Shown: piece by piece, positions 17,566 to 27,466 of the stretch | Layout of the letters: every line of letters starts with the position of its first letter | Numbering within the stretch: the stretch's first letter is position 1 | Assembly: GCA_013041745.1 (NCBI GenBank) | Contig: JABDRN010000061.1 | Coordinates: 2,975 to 66,974 of the forward strand | Length of the DNA stretch: 64,000 nt | Direction: 5' to 3' | DNA from: Gammaproteobacteria bacterium | Lineage (GTDB): Bacteria > Pseudomonadota > Gammaproteobacteria > SZUA-229 | The notes under the pieces: generated by a model | Seen by the model: the letters and a program-made list of their open reading frames with translations, nothing else | Told to the model about the DNA's origin: nothing | Database searches by the model: none | Program-made: the position numbers and the translations under genes

Positions 17566-17991
17566 ATGATGAAACTTTTGCTTACAGCAGCAACTGCTGC
17601 ACTATTAGTCGTATCAGCATCAGCGAGTGCCTGGGATGACAACAACTGGAATAACGACTGGCGTAACGACTGGCGCAACGACTGGCGTAATGACGCTTAT
17701 GGTTCTGGTTATGGCGACGGTTATGGCGACGCCGAAGGTGATGTCGACGGTAGCTTTAATTTTGGCATGAGCGGTAATGCACGCGGTAGTGGCCGTGGTG
17801 ACGCTCGTAACCGTTATTATGGTAGTGGTAATAACTACTGGGACAATCGCTGGGATAATCGCTGGGACAATCGCTATGATAGCTATAATGGTTACTATCG
17901 CCGTCCATATTATGGTCCTGGCCCTGGTTACTATGCTCCACCAGCTGCACCTGCACCAGCTCCAGCAGCACCCGCAGCTCCAGCCCAGTAA
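17566..17991 (+). CDS. secreted low-complexity W/N/D/R/G/Y-rich protein (candidate sulfur-globule protein)
   Basis: AAAGGAGGG Shine-Dalgarno sequence before the ATG at 17566. Signal peptide MMKLLLTAATAALLVVSASASA, then (DWRN)x3, GYGDGYGD, DGSFNFGMSGNARGSGRGD, (WDNR)x3 and a PAAPAPAPAAPAAPAQ tail. Confidence 0.5.
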   Translation: MMKLLLTAATAALLVVSASASAWDDNNWNNDWRNDWRNDWRNDAYGSGYGDGYGDAEGDVDGSFNFGMSGNARGSGRGDARNRYYGSGNNYWDNRWDNRWDNRYDSYNGYYRRPYYGPGPGYYAPPAAPAPAPAAPAAPAQ

Positions 17992-18020
17992 TTTATTTTA
18001 CTTAACGATAGAGCAAAAAA

Positions 18021-18046
18021 AGCCGGGAAGTCCCGGCTTTTTTTTA
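18021..18046. terminator. bidirectional Rho-independent terminator
   Basis: Stem agccggga/tcccggct, flanked by an A-run and a T-run. It lies between convergent genes. Confidence 0.75.
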
Positions 18047-18062
18047 TGGGTGTATCAGGTGT

Positions 18063-19052
18063 TTAGATCTGATTTAAATATTTCTCGACCACGTTAGCTG
18101 GCAGGGGAATATAACCATCCTTAATAACCACTTCCTGACCCTGTTTTGAAAGAATCAACTTGATGAACTCTTTGTCCAGCGGGGCCAGTTCAGCATTGGG
18201 TTTCTTGTTGACATAGACATAGAGGAAACGAGATAGTGGGTATGAGCCTGAAACTGCATTATCAGCAGTTGCATCGATATACTCACCACCCGGTTTTTTT
18301 GTCAGTGGTACTGCGCGCACGCCCGATGTCTTGTAGCCGATACCAGAATAGCCGATACCATTGATAGAGGTTGAGACGGACTGAACCACTGAGGCAGAGC
18401 CCGGCTGCTCGTTGACGTTGTTCTTGTAGTCACCTTTACACAGGGCTTTCTTTTTGAAGTAACCATAGGTGCCTGATACTGAGTTACGGCCATAGATCTG
18501 GATATCGCGGTTCTTCCAGTTACCTGTTAATCCCAGGTCGCCCCATTTCGTGATGTCTTTATCGCCGCCACACTTCCTGGTGGAAGAGAATACAGCGTCT
18601 ACGTCGGGGATAGTCATGCCTTTGACAGGATTATCTTTGTTTACATAAACAGCTAGAGCGTCTATCGCGACTGGAATAGCTGTTGGTTTGTAGCCATAGC
18701 GATCTTCAAATGCTGCGATCTCTTTCGACTTCATCTTACGGCTCATCGGCCCGAAGTTTGAAGTGGCTTCAGTCAGTGCAGGCGGCGCAGTCGATGAACC
18801 GGCAGCCTGTATCTGAATGTTTACATTAGGGTATGAGCGCTTGAACGCCTCTGCCCATAAAGTCATCAGATTAGCCAGTGTGTCAGAACCGACACTGGAA
18901 AGATTTCCTGATATGCCGCTAACCGCTTTATATTCAGGCACGCCTTCCTCGACAGATACGGCAGATGCAGTGCCTGACGCTAACAGGCCGATGTTTAGAA
19001 TTGCACCAGTCAGGGCTGCATTCATAACGGTTTTGATTTGTTTATGTTTCAT
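18063..19052 (-). CDS. pstS: phosphate ABC transporter substrate-binding protein
   Basis: Signal peptide; [18 protein letters not shown]...[13 protein letters not shown], typical of the PstS family. It is adjacent to phoR and the pst genes. Confidence 0.9.
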   Translation of the reverse strand: MKHKQIKTVMNAALTGAILNIGLLASGTASAVSVEEGVPEYKAVSGISGNLSSVGSDTLANLMTLWAEAFKRSYPNVNIQIQAAGSSTAPPALTEATSNFGPMSRKMKSKEIAAFEDRYGYKPTAIPVAIDALAVYVNKDNPVKGMTIPDVDAVFSSTRKCGGDKDITKWGDLGLTGNWKNRDIQIYGRNSVSGTYGYFKKKALCKGDYKNNVNEQPGSASVVQSVSTSINGIGYSGIGYKTSGVRAVPLTKKPGGEYIDATADNAVSGSYPLSRFLYVYVNKKPNAELAPLDKEFIKLILSKQGQEVVIKDGYIPLPANVVEKYLNQI

Positions 19053-19108
19053 TATGCTAACTCCAGTTAAAAAGTGAGAATATTTTGCGTAAGAATTGTG
19101 AAGCTCAG

Positions 19109-19137
19109 GTGACAGAGTTGTTACAATATTGTTACAG
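19109..19137 (-). promoter_or_regulatory. Pho box upstream of pstS
   Basis: On the minus strand it reads CTGTAACAATA TTGTAACAACT CTGTCAC. These are three CTGTCAT-like direct repeats in 11-bp phase, about 57-85 nt upstream of the pstS ATG. Confidence 0.65.
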
Positions 19138-19204
19138 GAAAATCACTATTGATTAGCTTTAATATAAATGTGGTCTCCATGTATGAAGCAGAGGCGGGAA
19201 GGCT

Positions 19205-20509
19205 TCAATATTCTTCGTAATTCAGTGGGAACTCGCAACAGAAAGTGCTGCCTTTGCCTGGTTCACTCAATATGTGCAGGCTTGCGTTATGCCGGTCGAG
19301 GACATGTTTGACGATGGCAAGGCCAAGCCCGGTACCTCCCTGTTCTCTGGAGCGCCCTTCATCGACACGATAAAAACGTTCAGTCAGTCTCGGTATGTGC
19401 TCGTAGCCGATGCCGACGCCTTCGTCCTTTACGCCGATGGTAGTTCCGGTATCATGTGAGGTTGCGAATAATGTAATCGTTTCAGCGTCTGGGGTATAGC
19501 GTATCGCATTGGTGAGCAGGTTTGAAAATGCCATACGCAGTTCTTCATAGCTGCCATTCAGATGCGAAGCCAGCTCTTTTCCGGGTACTTCATTCTCTAT
19601 CACCAGTTCGATATGGTGCTGCTCCTGATCGAGAGCGATCGCTTCGTTATAGACATCGTTCAACAAAGTGTGGATATCGATCACATTGCTAAAATCGACC
19701 GCAGCCGCTGACTCCAGTTTTGCCAGGTCTATGAGCTCGGTAATGATCTTGTTCATGCGCACTGTTTGCTGCTGGATCATGTCCAGCGGCACTTTCAGTT
19801 GCTCATCGGCATTGTGCTGCAGAAACTCTATGTATCCTGTCATGACGGTAAGTGGAGTTCGCAACTCGTGTGATGCATTGGAGATAAAGTCGCGTCGCAT
19901 ATCATCAAGCTGGCTAAGTGAAGTGATGTCGCGTGCACTGATCAAATACTGACCATCACCATATGGCGTCATGTTCAGAATAAGCTGTCTCTGGTTCACC
20001 TGAAACTTTAACGGCTTTTGAAAATCTTTTTTCAGAAGATAGTTTACAAACTTTGGCTGCCGGATGAGGTTATCTATGCGCTGACCGACATCCATCCCGG
20101 AATTAAAGTTGAACATCAGGCGTGCAGCAGGATTGAACCACTCGATCTCATTTGATTTGTTTAATACGATGGTAGCATAAGGCAGCGCCCGCGTAGATTT
20201 CTGGAATCGATTGAGGATGGATGTCAATCGTCGGCGTGCTTTGCGCTGGCGCTTGAATAGCTGGTAAAGCTGATAATAGACATCGTCCCAGATGCCGAAT
20301 ACTTCGGGTGTTTTCTTGGATGGATTGACCAGCCATTTGTGCAGCCTGTTGAGGTTGAACAGATGCCATGCCAGATAAACAGCCAGAGCGATGAACAGGA
20401 GCAAAAATACAGATTCAGTGATCATGCCGATCAATAACATGAAAGCGATCCATGTTATTAATAAGACGAGCTCTCGCCTGAGGCTTGGCGTTATCGAGAT
20501 CTTTGCCAT
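19205..20509 (-). CDS. phoR: phosphate regulon sensor histidine kinase
   Basis: Two N-terminal TM segments, a PAS-like segment, the H-box SHELRTPLT and N/G boxes. It lies directly downstream of phoB. Confidence 0.9.
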   Translation of the reverse strand: MAKISITPSLRRELVLLITWIAFMLLIGMITESVFLLLFIALAVYLAWHLFNLNRLHKWLVNPSKKTPEVFGIWDDVYYQLYQLFKRQRKARRRLTSILNRFQKSTRALPYATIVLNKSNEIEWFNPAARLMFNFNSGMDVGQRIDNLIRQPKFVNYLLKKDFQKPLKFQVNQRQLILNMTPYGDGQYLISARDITSLSQLDDMRRDFISNASHELRTPLTVMTGYIEFLQHNADEQLKVPLDMIQQQTVRMNKIITELIDLAKLESAAAVDFSNVIDIHTLLNDVYNEAIALDQEQHHIELVIENEVPGKELASHLNGSYEELRMAFSNLLTNAIRYTPDAETITLFATSHDTGTTIGVKDEGVGIGYEHIPRLTERFYRVDEGRSREQGGTGLGLAIVKHVLDRHNASLHILSEPGKGSTFCCEFPLNYEEY

Positions 20510-20519
20510 CTATTCGTAT

Positions 20520-21206
20520 TCAGTTATGCCGTGAAAAACGATAGCCGCTGCCGTGCACCGTCTGTAACAGTGAGTCCAGCTCAAAGGGAGCAAGCTGTTT
20601 TCGTAAGCGCCTGATATGAACATCGACCGTGCGCTCTTCGACATAGACCTGTGAACCCCAGACCTGGTCGAGCAGTTGCGCGCGTGTGAAGACGCGATCC
20701 GTGTGAGACATGAAATAATGTAACAGGCGAAACTCCGTAGGTGACAGGTCTAACGCTGTGTCAGTGACCCTGACCCGGTGGCTGGCAGGATCGAGATAGA
20801 GCTCACCGATCTGTAACGGTTGTTCGTCTGGCATGGCTCGGCGCAACAATGCCTGGATCCTGGCGTTTAATTCACGTACAGAAAACGGTTTGCTCACATA
20901 GTCGTCGGCACCAACGTCCAGTCCGAGGATCCTGTCTTCTTCTTCTGTTTTTGCTGTCACCATGATCACTGGCAGCATGGAGTGATACTTTCGAATACGA
21001 TGCAGTAGGTCGATGCCGCTATTGTCGGGCAGCATCCAGTCGAGCAGGACCAGATCGATGGCCTTGTGCTCGATTATCTCCCAGCCTTCTTTAACGGTAT
21101 AGGCATGAAACAGGGTGTAACCTTCAGCCGACAATGAGTATTTGAGCATATCCTGTATGCCAGCATCATCTTCGACTACAAGTATATTCGCGTGTTTCAT
21201 AGTCAA
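20520..21206 (-). CDS. phoB: phosphate regulon response regulator
   Basis: Receiver domain (DLVLLDWMLPD) plus an OmpR-type winged helix (RTVDVHIRRLRKQL...VHGSGYRF). Confidence 0.92.
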   Translation of the reverse strand: MTMKHANILVVEDDAGIQDMLKYSLSAEGYTLFHAYTVKEGWEIIEHKAIDLVLLDWMLPDNSGIDLLHRIRKYHSMLPVIMVTAKTEEEDRILGLDVGADDYVSKPFSVRELNARIQALLRRAMPDEQPLQIGELYLDPASHRVRVTDTALDLSPTEFRLLHYFMSHTDRVFTRAQLLDQVWGSQVYVEERTVDVHIRRLRKQLAPFELDSLLQTVHGSGYRFSRHN

Positions 21207-21224
21207 TGCCTATAATGGAAAGGC

Positions 21225-21944
21225 CTAATCTGAGAGTATGTCTTTCTCAACTTCTTCGATATCCAGGTGGCGAATATCTTTACCTTTTACCAGGTAGATA
21301 ATATATTCACTGATATTCTTCGCATGATCACCGATCCGTTCGAGTGAACGTGCTGCCCAGATAACATCAAGAACTTCCGATATCTTCCTTGGGTCCTCCA
21401 TCATGTAAGTGATCAGGGTGCGCATCAATTCCTGGTAGTCATTATCGACGACATCATCGTCACGAACCACCTGTATCGCAGCATCGATATCAAGCCGGGC
21501 ATATGCATCGAGGACATCATGGACCATGCGTTTTACGCCATCGCCAAGGTGACGGAAACCTGCATAGCGGCTATGAAAATTGGTATCGTTCTCGGCCAGG
21601 TTTAAAGCCATCTTGGCAATTTTTTCTGCTTCATCACCGATCCTCTCGAGATCTGTGATGGTCTTGATGACAGTGATTACCATCCTCAGATCACTGGCGG
21701 CAGGCTGACGTCGTGCCAGTATCTGCGTGCAGGCTTCATCGATCTTGACCTCGAGCGTATTTACTTTATGGTCTTTCAGAATAATCTTTTCTGCACCGGG
21801 TGCATTGGTATTGTGTAACGCTTTGATAGCACCATTGATCTGTTGCTCGACCAGGCCACCCATCTTTAACACCTTATTGCGAAGGGATTCCATCTCCTCA
21901 TCGAATTGCTGGGATATATGCTGGCTAGTGCTGTTGTTGTCCAT
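21225..21944 (-). CDS. phoU: phosphate signalling complex protein PhoU
   Basis: Two PhoU repeats with DLERIGDEAEKIA and SLERIGDHAKNI. Confidence 0.92.
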   Translation of the reverse strand: MDNNSTSQHISQQFDEEMESLRNKVLKMGGLVEQQINGAIKALHNTNAPGAEKIILKDHKVNTLEVKIDEACTQILARRQPAASDLRMVITVIKTITDLERIGDEAEKIAKMALNLAENDTNFHSRYAGFRHLGDGVKRMVHDVLDAYARLDIDAAIQVVRDDDVVDNDYQELMRTLITYMMEDPRKISEVLDVIWAARSLERIGDHAKNISEYIIYLVKGKDIRHLDIEEVEKDILSD

Positions 21945-21987
21945 AAAAAAACCTCTTTGCTTAGTTTAGAGTTACTGGTCGGCTCAT

Positions 21988-22818
21988 CTAACCGTAACGC
22001 CCAGTAATATAATCTTCAGTTTGTTTTTTCTCGGGATTAGTGAAGATTTTATTGGTTTCACCAAACTCTATCATTTCACCAAGATACATGAATGCTGTTT
22101 CATCAGAGACACGTGCAGCCTGTTGCATATTATGAGTTACGATGAGGATGGTGTATTGCGATTTTAATTCGTATATCAGTTCTTCGATCTTTAAAGTAGA
22201 TATCGGATCAAGCGCCGAAGCCGGCTCATCCAGTAACAGGATCTCGGGCTCGATGGCTATGGCACGTGCTATCACCAGTCGCTGTTGCTGACCACCGGAC
22301 AGGCCCAGCGCACTTTCATCGAGGCGGTCTTTCACTTCATCCCATAGTGCTGCGCCCTTGAGTGCCCACTCTATTTTTTCTTCCAGGTGGCGGCGTTTGT
22401 TTATGCCCTGTAGGCGTAACCCGTAGGCGACATTCTCGAATATACTCATCGGGAAGGGGTTTGGTTTCTGAAACACCATGCCGACGCGTTGACGCAATGA
22501 TGTTACATCTACATCTGGGGCATAGATGTTGCTGTCATCGAGGATTATTTCACCTTCCACGCGAACACTGTCGACCAGGTCGTTCATGCGGTTAAAACAG
22601 CGTAACAGCGTAGATTTCCCGCAGCCACTCGGACCAATAAATGCCGTGACACGATTTTTCTTCATCTCAAAACTGATATCAGTCAATGCCTGTGCGTCAC
22701 CATAGAACAGGTTCAGTTTGTTAACCTGCATACATATTTCATCTGTGCCGGCAGCTGCAGAAGCAGAAGAACCTTTGAGTACAGATTCATCGATTGTTGT
22801 CGTAATAGTGTCAGTCAT
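21988..22818 (-). CDS. pstB: phosphate ABC transporter ATP-binding protein
   Basis: Walker [10 protein letters not shown], signature LSGGQQQRL, Walker B LLLDEP, and a PstB-type C-terminus ...DYITGRYG. Confidence 0.95.
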   Translation of the reverse strand: MTDTITTTIDESVLKGSSASAAAGTDEICMQVNKLNLFYGDAQALTDISFEMKKNRVTAFIGPSGCGKSTLLRCFNRMNDLVDSVRVEGEIILDDSNIYAPDVDVTSLRQRVGMVFQKPNPFPMSIFENVAYGLRLQGINKRRHLEEKIEWALKGAALWDEVKDRLDESALGLSGGQQQRLVIARAIAIEPEILLLDEPASALDPISTLKIEELIYELKSQYTILIVTHNMQQAARVSDETAFMYLGEMIEFGETNKIFTNPEKKQTEDYITGRYG

Positions 22819-22846
22819 GATCGTATCTATTTGTTAGTTATCTGTA

Positions 22847-24526
22847 TTAATTATCGAGCGCACGGTATTTCTCACGCAGCCTGTTCCTCAGGTTTATCGC
22901 GGTCAGGTTGAGAGTAACGATAACGACTACCAGCAGGAAAGAGGTTGCATAGACCAGTGGCCGAGCAGCTTCGACATTTGGGCTCTGGAAGCCGACATCA
23001 TAGATGTGGAACCCGAGGTGCATGAATTTACGGTCAAGGTGCAGGAAAGGGAAGTTGCCGTCGAGTGGCAGGCTTGGAGCCAGCTTGACAACACCGACCA
23101 GCATCAATGGCGCGACTTCTCCAGCGGCCCTGGCAACTGCCAGGATTAACCCGGTCATGATGGCTGGGCTGGCCATCGGCAGCACGACCCGCCAGAGAGT
23201 CTCAACCTTGGTCGCGCCAAGGCCGAGGCTGCCTTCGCGTAAACTTCTCGGGATGCGTGACAGACCCTCTTCAGTGGCGACGATGACGACTGGTAATGTC
23301 AGCAGCGCCAGGGTTAACGATGACCACATCAGACCCGGCGTGCCAAATGTTGGCGCCGGCTGTGCTTCAGGGTAAAACAATGCATCGATATTGCCACCGA
23401 GGAAGTATACAAAGAAGCCCAGGCCAAAAACCCCGTATACGATCGAGGGTACACCCGCGAGGTTGTTAACCGCGATACGTATGATGCGTATCAATACGCC
23501 TTGTCTGGCATATTCTCGAAGGTAGACAGCTGCGATAACGCCAAACGGTGTCACCAGGATGGCCATCAGTATTACCATCAGCACGGTACCGAATATCGCC
23601 GGGAAGATACCGCCTTCGGTGTTGGCTTCACGAGGATCCTCTGAAACAAAGCTCCATAATGTGTAAGCATAAAACCCCAGCTTGTTCGGTATCGACATCT
23701 TGTTCGGTTGCCAGGCTTTGACGATCTTTTCCAGCGGAACGGTCACTTCACTGCCATCCATCACCGTGGCACGTATCGAGTCACGGTTGATATCCTGGTA
23801 GAGAACTCTTGTCTCTTTGAGCAGGGCATCGTATTCCAGTTTTAGTTCTTCACGCTTTTCTGCTAACTCCCCGGCGGCTTCATCGCTTAACTCATCATCG
23901 AGCTGCAGACGCTTCTCCCTCAGGCGCAGACGCTCCAGCTTGTAGTTAATCGCACCGATTTCGACCTGCTCCAGGTGCAATATCCTCTCTCTTATATCGA
24001 TGGTCCGGCGCAGCCGCTCACTAAACTCTTGCCATGCCTCCGCACCACTGGCGACCAGCGTGTCGCCTTCGTAGACCGAATTGAGGTAACCGTAAAAGTT
24101 TCCCCATTCGATACGTTCCAGGACCATGATCTCTTCGGGCTGTTCACGTTTTACCAGGTCGATATCATATAACCATCTGAAGTCACTGCCGAGGATGTCG
24201 CGGTTACCGGTCTTCACCAGGTAGCGTTCGATATTACCTTCAGCATCGCCTCCAGTATTGGCTATACCGTGAAGTGATTCAGCGGGTACGATTTCTGATT
24301 CTACGATCTCAGCGATGACGGTTAACGAGTTACTGTCGTTCTCATAATAGAATGCCTCTACATTCGCTGGCCAGAAATGACTCATGCCGCGAAACAGGAT
24401 CAATAACAATAGACCAAATACGGCGACCAGGGCGATAGCGATGGCACCGGCATTCATCCAGATCCAGGGTGTTCCGCTCTTGAACCATGCGGTTGCTTTT
24501 TTGCTGATCCCGGGTTGCTGAATCAT
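22847..24526 (-). CDS. pstA: phosphate ABC transporter permease PstA (long form)
   Basis: 559 aa with an N-terminal TM, a large periplasmic insert and the permease core (EGSLGLGATKVETLWRVVLP). Confidence 0.9.
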   Translation of the reverse strand: MIQQPGISKKATAWFKSGTPWIWMNAGAIAIALVAVFGLLLLILFRGMSHFWPANVEAFYYENDSNSLTVIAEIVESEIVPAESLHGIANTGGDAEGNIERYLVKTGNRDILGSDFRWLYDIDLVKREQPEEIMVLERIEWGNFYGYLNSVYEGDTLVASGAEAWQEFSERLRRTIDIRERILHLEQVEIGAINYKLERLRLREKRLQLDDELSDEAAGELAEKREELKLEYDALLKETRVLYQDINRDSIRATVMDGSEVTVPLEKIVKAWQPNKMSIPNKLGFYAYTLWSFVSEDPREANTEGGIFPAIFGTVLMVILMAILVTPFGVIAAVYLREYARQGVLIRIIRIAVNNLAGVPSIVYGVFGLGFFVYFLGGNIDALFYPEAQPAPTFGTPGLMWSSLTLALLTLPVVIVATEEGLSRIPRSLREGSLGLGATKVETLWRVVLPMASPAIMTGLILAVARAAGEVAPLMLVGVVKLAPSLPLDGNFPFLHLDRKFMHLGFHIYDVGFQSPNVEAARPLVYATSFLLVVVIVTLNLTAINLRNRLREKYRALDN

Positions 24527-26721
24527 AGTCCGCTGTACCTCTGACGTAATCGTTGACGAATTATTTCTGCAAGTGTATTAAATACGAAGGTGAACAGGAA
24601 CAGGATTAACGCAGCCAGGAACAGGACTCGATAGTGGGTACTGAACACTTCTGCTTCCGGAACCTCTACCGCGAGGTTCGCTGCCAGTGTGCGCATGCCC
24701 TGGAATATGCTCATGTCCATCAATGGCGTGTTACCTGTTGCCATCAATACGATCATGGTCTCACCGACGGCGCGGCCAAAGCCCATCATGACCGCTGAGA
24801 ATATGCCGGGACTGGCAGCAGGCAGTACTACGCTTGTCATCGTCTGCCAGCGTGTTGCGCCCAGGGCAAGTGAGCCACGAACCAGGTGCTGTGGCACACT
24901 GAATAAAGCATCTTCTGCGATCGAAAATATGGTCGGGATGACAGCAAAACCCATGATCAGGCCGACAACGAGGGCATTTCTCTGGTCATAGTTCAGGCCC
25001 CATTCGTTACTCATGTAAGTACGCAGGTCACCTTCGAAAAAGATTGACTCTATCGGTGCGCTTAAGGACATGGAAATCCAGATCAAAAGCATCACCACGG
25101 GAATCAACAATGCTGCTTCCCAGCCCTCGAAGATAGATTTATTTGGCATGAATCCCCATAGCCAAGCGCACAGTATAAATCCGACCGGCAACACTAATAA
25201 TAGTGTGAATATACCAGCAAGGTGTGTTTCTACATATGGAGCCAGCCATAATCCAGCAAGGAAACCGAGGATCACAGTCGGCAGGGCTTCCATGATTTCG
25301 ATCGACGGTTTTACTGTCTGGCGCATGCGCGGCGCCATGAACTGTGCGGTAAACATCGCACCTAGAATCGCGATAGGAACAGCGAATAGCATGGCATAGA
25401 ATGCAGCCTTGATGGTGCCGAAAGAAAGAGGCATCAAGCTGTACTTCGGTTCAAACTCATTGGTTGAAGCAGATGATTGCCAGATATAATCAGGCTCGTC
25501 ATATCCCTCGTACCAGATCTTGCCCCATAACACGTCCCAGGAAACCTCAGGATACTCATTATGTACCTCATAAAGCCGTATCTGGTTGTTGCTGTCAGAG
25601 ACTATAAGGTTTTGTGCACGGGCAGACCATGCCATCTGATCGACTAGTGTGTCAGCAGTATTGATGCTTGCCAGGGTTCTTTGAGAGGTTGAATAATATA
25701 TCGTGATATCGCCTTGCGTGTCGGCAACGGCAAAACCTTTTCTCTGCTGCTCGGTGGCGATGCTGGTGACCGCTTCAGAATTCTTATGAAAATTTCGAAT
25801 GTAGGTTAATTCTCTACCGCCATCTTTTCGAACCGACATCCACTGCTGTACCTCGCCGTTGGCCATGCCGACCATCAATGAAGAGCCACCGAGCAGGAGC
25901 TTCAAGCGGGTGATCTCATGCTCGAAGTGATATTCAGTCCTGTTGTTTTCGAAGCCTTCATCATCCAGTGAAAAGTCTTCCAGTTTGCCGCCAGCAATAG
26001 CGGCATACAGATGGTCCAGTCCGGGTGTCAGTACGATCGAAGATATCTCATGCTCGAAAGCCTGTTCAGACCTCGATTCAAGTTCGATAGTGATGTCTTC
26101 GCTGATAAAAGACTGCTCACGAAGGTAACGGGTAAAGACCAGTCGGTTATCACTTGTTGTGGCGGCAATGCCTACGATGTCATCGCTGAGCTGGATAGCG
26201 ATATTTGTAAGCGCTTCCCCGGACTCATCGAGTGTCAGCAGGTCTTTGCCCAGTGGGTATTCCAGTCTCGGTGTCAGGGTGCGGATATCGTCAGGATAGC
26301 TTAGATCGAACTTATAGCGTATCGCCATTACAGAACCGTCGGTGAGACCGAGTACCACGAGGTCCAGGTTGGCGGCAACACTGCTTATCGGCGCAGGCAG
26401 ATCGAAATCTTCATCGAGAATAATACTCGCTGTAGCCGTATCGAAAAAGATCGCATGACCTTTGTCGGTGAAGCGGACGCCGATAGTTCCCTGTTCTTCC
26501 AGGCCGAGATGCAGTGTTTTGCCTTCAGCAGGGGCGCTGTATGTCGTACTCTCATGTATCTCGGCCGAGCCGAACATCGGTACTACAACATACAATAAGT
26601 AGAAGAAAATCAGAAGGATGGCAACGATTACACTGATTCCACCCGAGGCTACAAAGTACCTTGCCAGGCGATCTTTCAGGGCTCGCTGGTTGTACCGTTT
26701 CTGTAATGACTGATCTTTCAT
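24523..26721 (-). CDS. pstC: phosphate ABC transporter permease PstC (long form)
   Basis: 732 aa with a large periplasmic N-terminal region followed by the permease core (RGSLALGATRWQTMTSVVLP). There is a 4-nt overlap with pstA. Confidence 0.9.
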   Translation of the reverse strand: MKDQSLQKRYNQRALKDRLARYFVASGGISVIVAILLIFFYLLYVVVPMFGSAEIHESTTYSAPAEGKTLHLGLEEQGTIGVRFTDKGHAIFFDTATASIILDEDFDLPAPISSVAANLDLVVLGLTDGSVMAIRYKFDLSYPDDIRTLTPRLEYPLGKDLLTLDESGEALTNIAIQLSDDIVGIAATTSDNRLVFTRYLREQSFISEDITIELESRSEQAFEHEISSIVLTPGLDHLYAAIAGGKLEDFSLDDEGFENNRTEYHFEHEITRLKLLLGGSSLMVGMANGEVQQWMSVRKDGGRELTYIRNFHKNSEAVTSIATEQQRKGFAVADTQGDITIYYSTSQRTLASINTADTLVDQMAWSARAQNLIVSDSNNQIRLYEVHNEYPEVSWDVLWGKIWYEGYDEPDYIWQSSASTNEFEPKYSLMPLSFGTIKAAFYAMLFAVPIAILGAMFTAQFMAPRMRQTVKPSIEIMEALPTVILGFLAGLWLAPYVETHLAGIFTLLLVLPVGFILCAWLWGFMPNKSIFEGWEAALLIPVVMLLIWISMSLSAPIESIFFEGDLRTYMSNEWGLNYDQRNALVVGLIMGFAVIPTIFSIAEDALFSVPQHLVRGSLALGATRWQTMTSVVLPAASPGIFSAVMMGFGRAVGETMIVLMATGNTPLMDMSIFQGMRTLAANLAVEVPEAEVFSTHYRVLFLAALILFLFTFVFNTLAEIIRQRLRQRYSGL

Positions 26722-26743
26722 CCGCGAAGTTTAGCGCTGAATT

Positions 26744-26771
26744 GTTACAGAGATATTACAGGATATGACAA
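26744..26771 (-). promoter_or_regulatory. Pho box upstream of pstC
   Basis: On the minus strand it reads TTGTCATATC CTGTAATATCT CTGTAAC, three phased half-sites. It is very close (23-50 nt) to the annotated pstC ATG. Confidence 0.5.
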
Positions 26772-27026
26772 TTTGATGAACATTACTGAATATTCAGGCT
26801 GCTTGTCTGGCTTGGTCATCAGTCATGAAATCAGGTCGATCTGCATTATCCGCGGTTTACAGGTGATGCAGAAGTGCTCTGTCATAAGATTTGCAAGTTG
26901 ACCCAGGTCAAAGGCGTGAATTATGACAGCTGTTATCTTGAAGTGTCTGGTTCTTATAAGTAGAAGCTTATGATATCAAAAATGGACGAGTGGCCGGATT
27001 ATCAACTAGTTAGGGAGGGGGTAGTT

Positions 27027-27275
27027 ATGTCTGTAGATGACCAGTTTAAATTGAAGGATAAATCTAACGTTGAGTTACATGACTGGATAGCCATGCAGGA
27101 GCCGGGAACCGCTGAATATAGTGCCGGTATCGAGGAATCGATGAGGAGAGTGGCTGCCATGGAAGAAGTGATGGAAAAAAATGAAGCGCCAATCTGGAGA
27201 CGTGAGTCGATTGCTATGGCCCTGTCACTACTGGCGATAGCCTTGACTATCATCATTATCGTGGTTATGTATTGA
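27027..27275 (+). CDS. small tail-anchored membrane protein, function unknown
   Basis: The ATG at 27027 follows GGGAGGGGG. The protein is 82 aa with a single C-terminal TM segment (IAMALSLLAIALTIIIIVVMY). Confidence 0.4.
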   Translation: MSVDDQFKLKDKSNVELHDWIAMQEPGTAEYSAGIEESMRRVAAMEEVMEKNEAPIWRRESIAMALSLLAIALTIIIIVVMY

Positions 27276-27466
27276 TAAGCCTATCGAGGTATGTTTTTGA
27301 AAACCAGAAATTTATTTCATACTAAAAATATTGATAGGCTCAAATATAATACTGCTCCACTTTAATGTGCGCTGATTGTTACAATAAACGATGTAATGCT
27401 CAACCAGAACTGGCTGTATACTCTTGCTCAGCTGAAGCAGCCTGATAATAACAATAATTAATAGAA

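Noticed and set aside
17653-17874. 12-nt tandem repeats considered as a possible CRISPR-like or VNTR non-coding array.
   Set aside because: They are in frame inside the secreted repeat protein, coding DWRN and WDNR units. There are no spacers and no cas genes.
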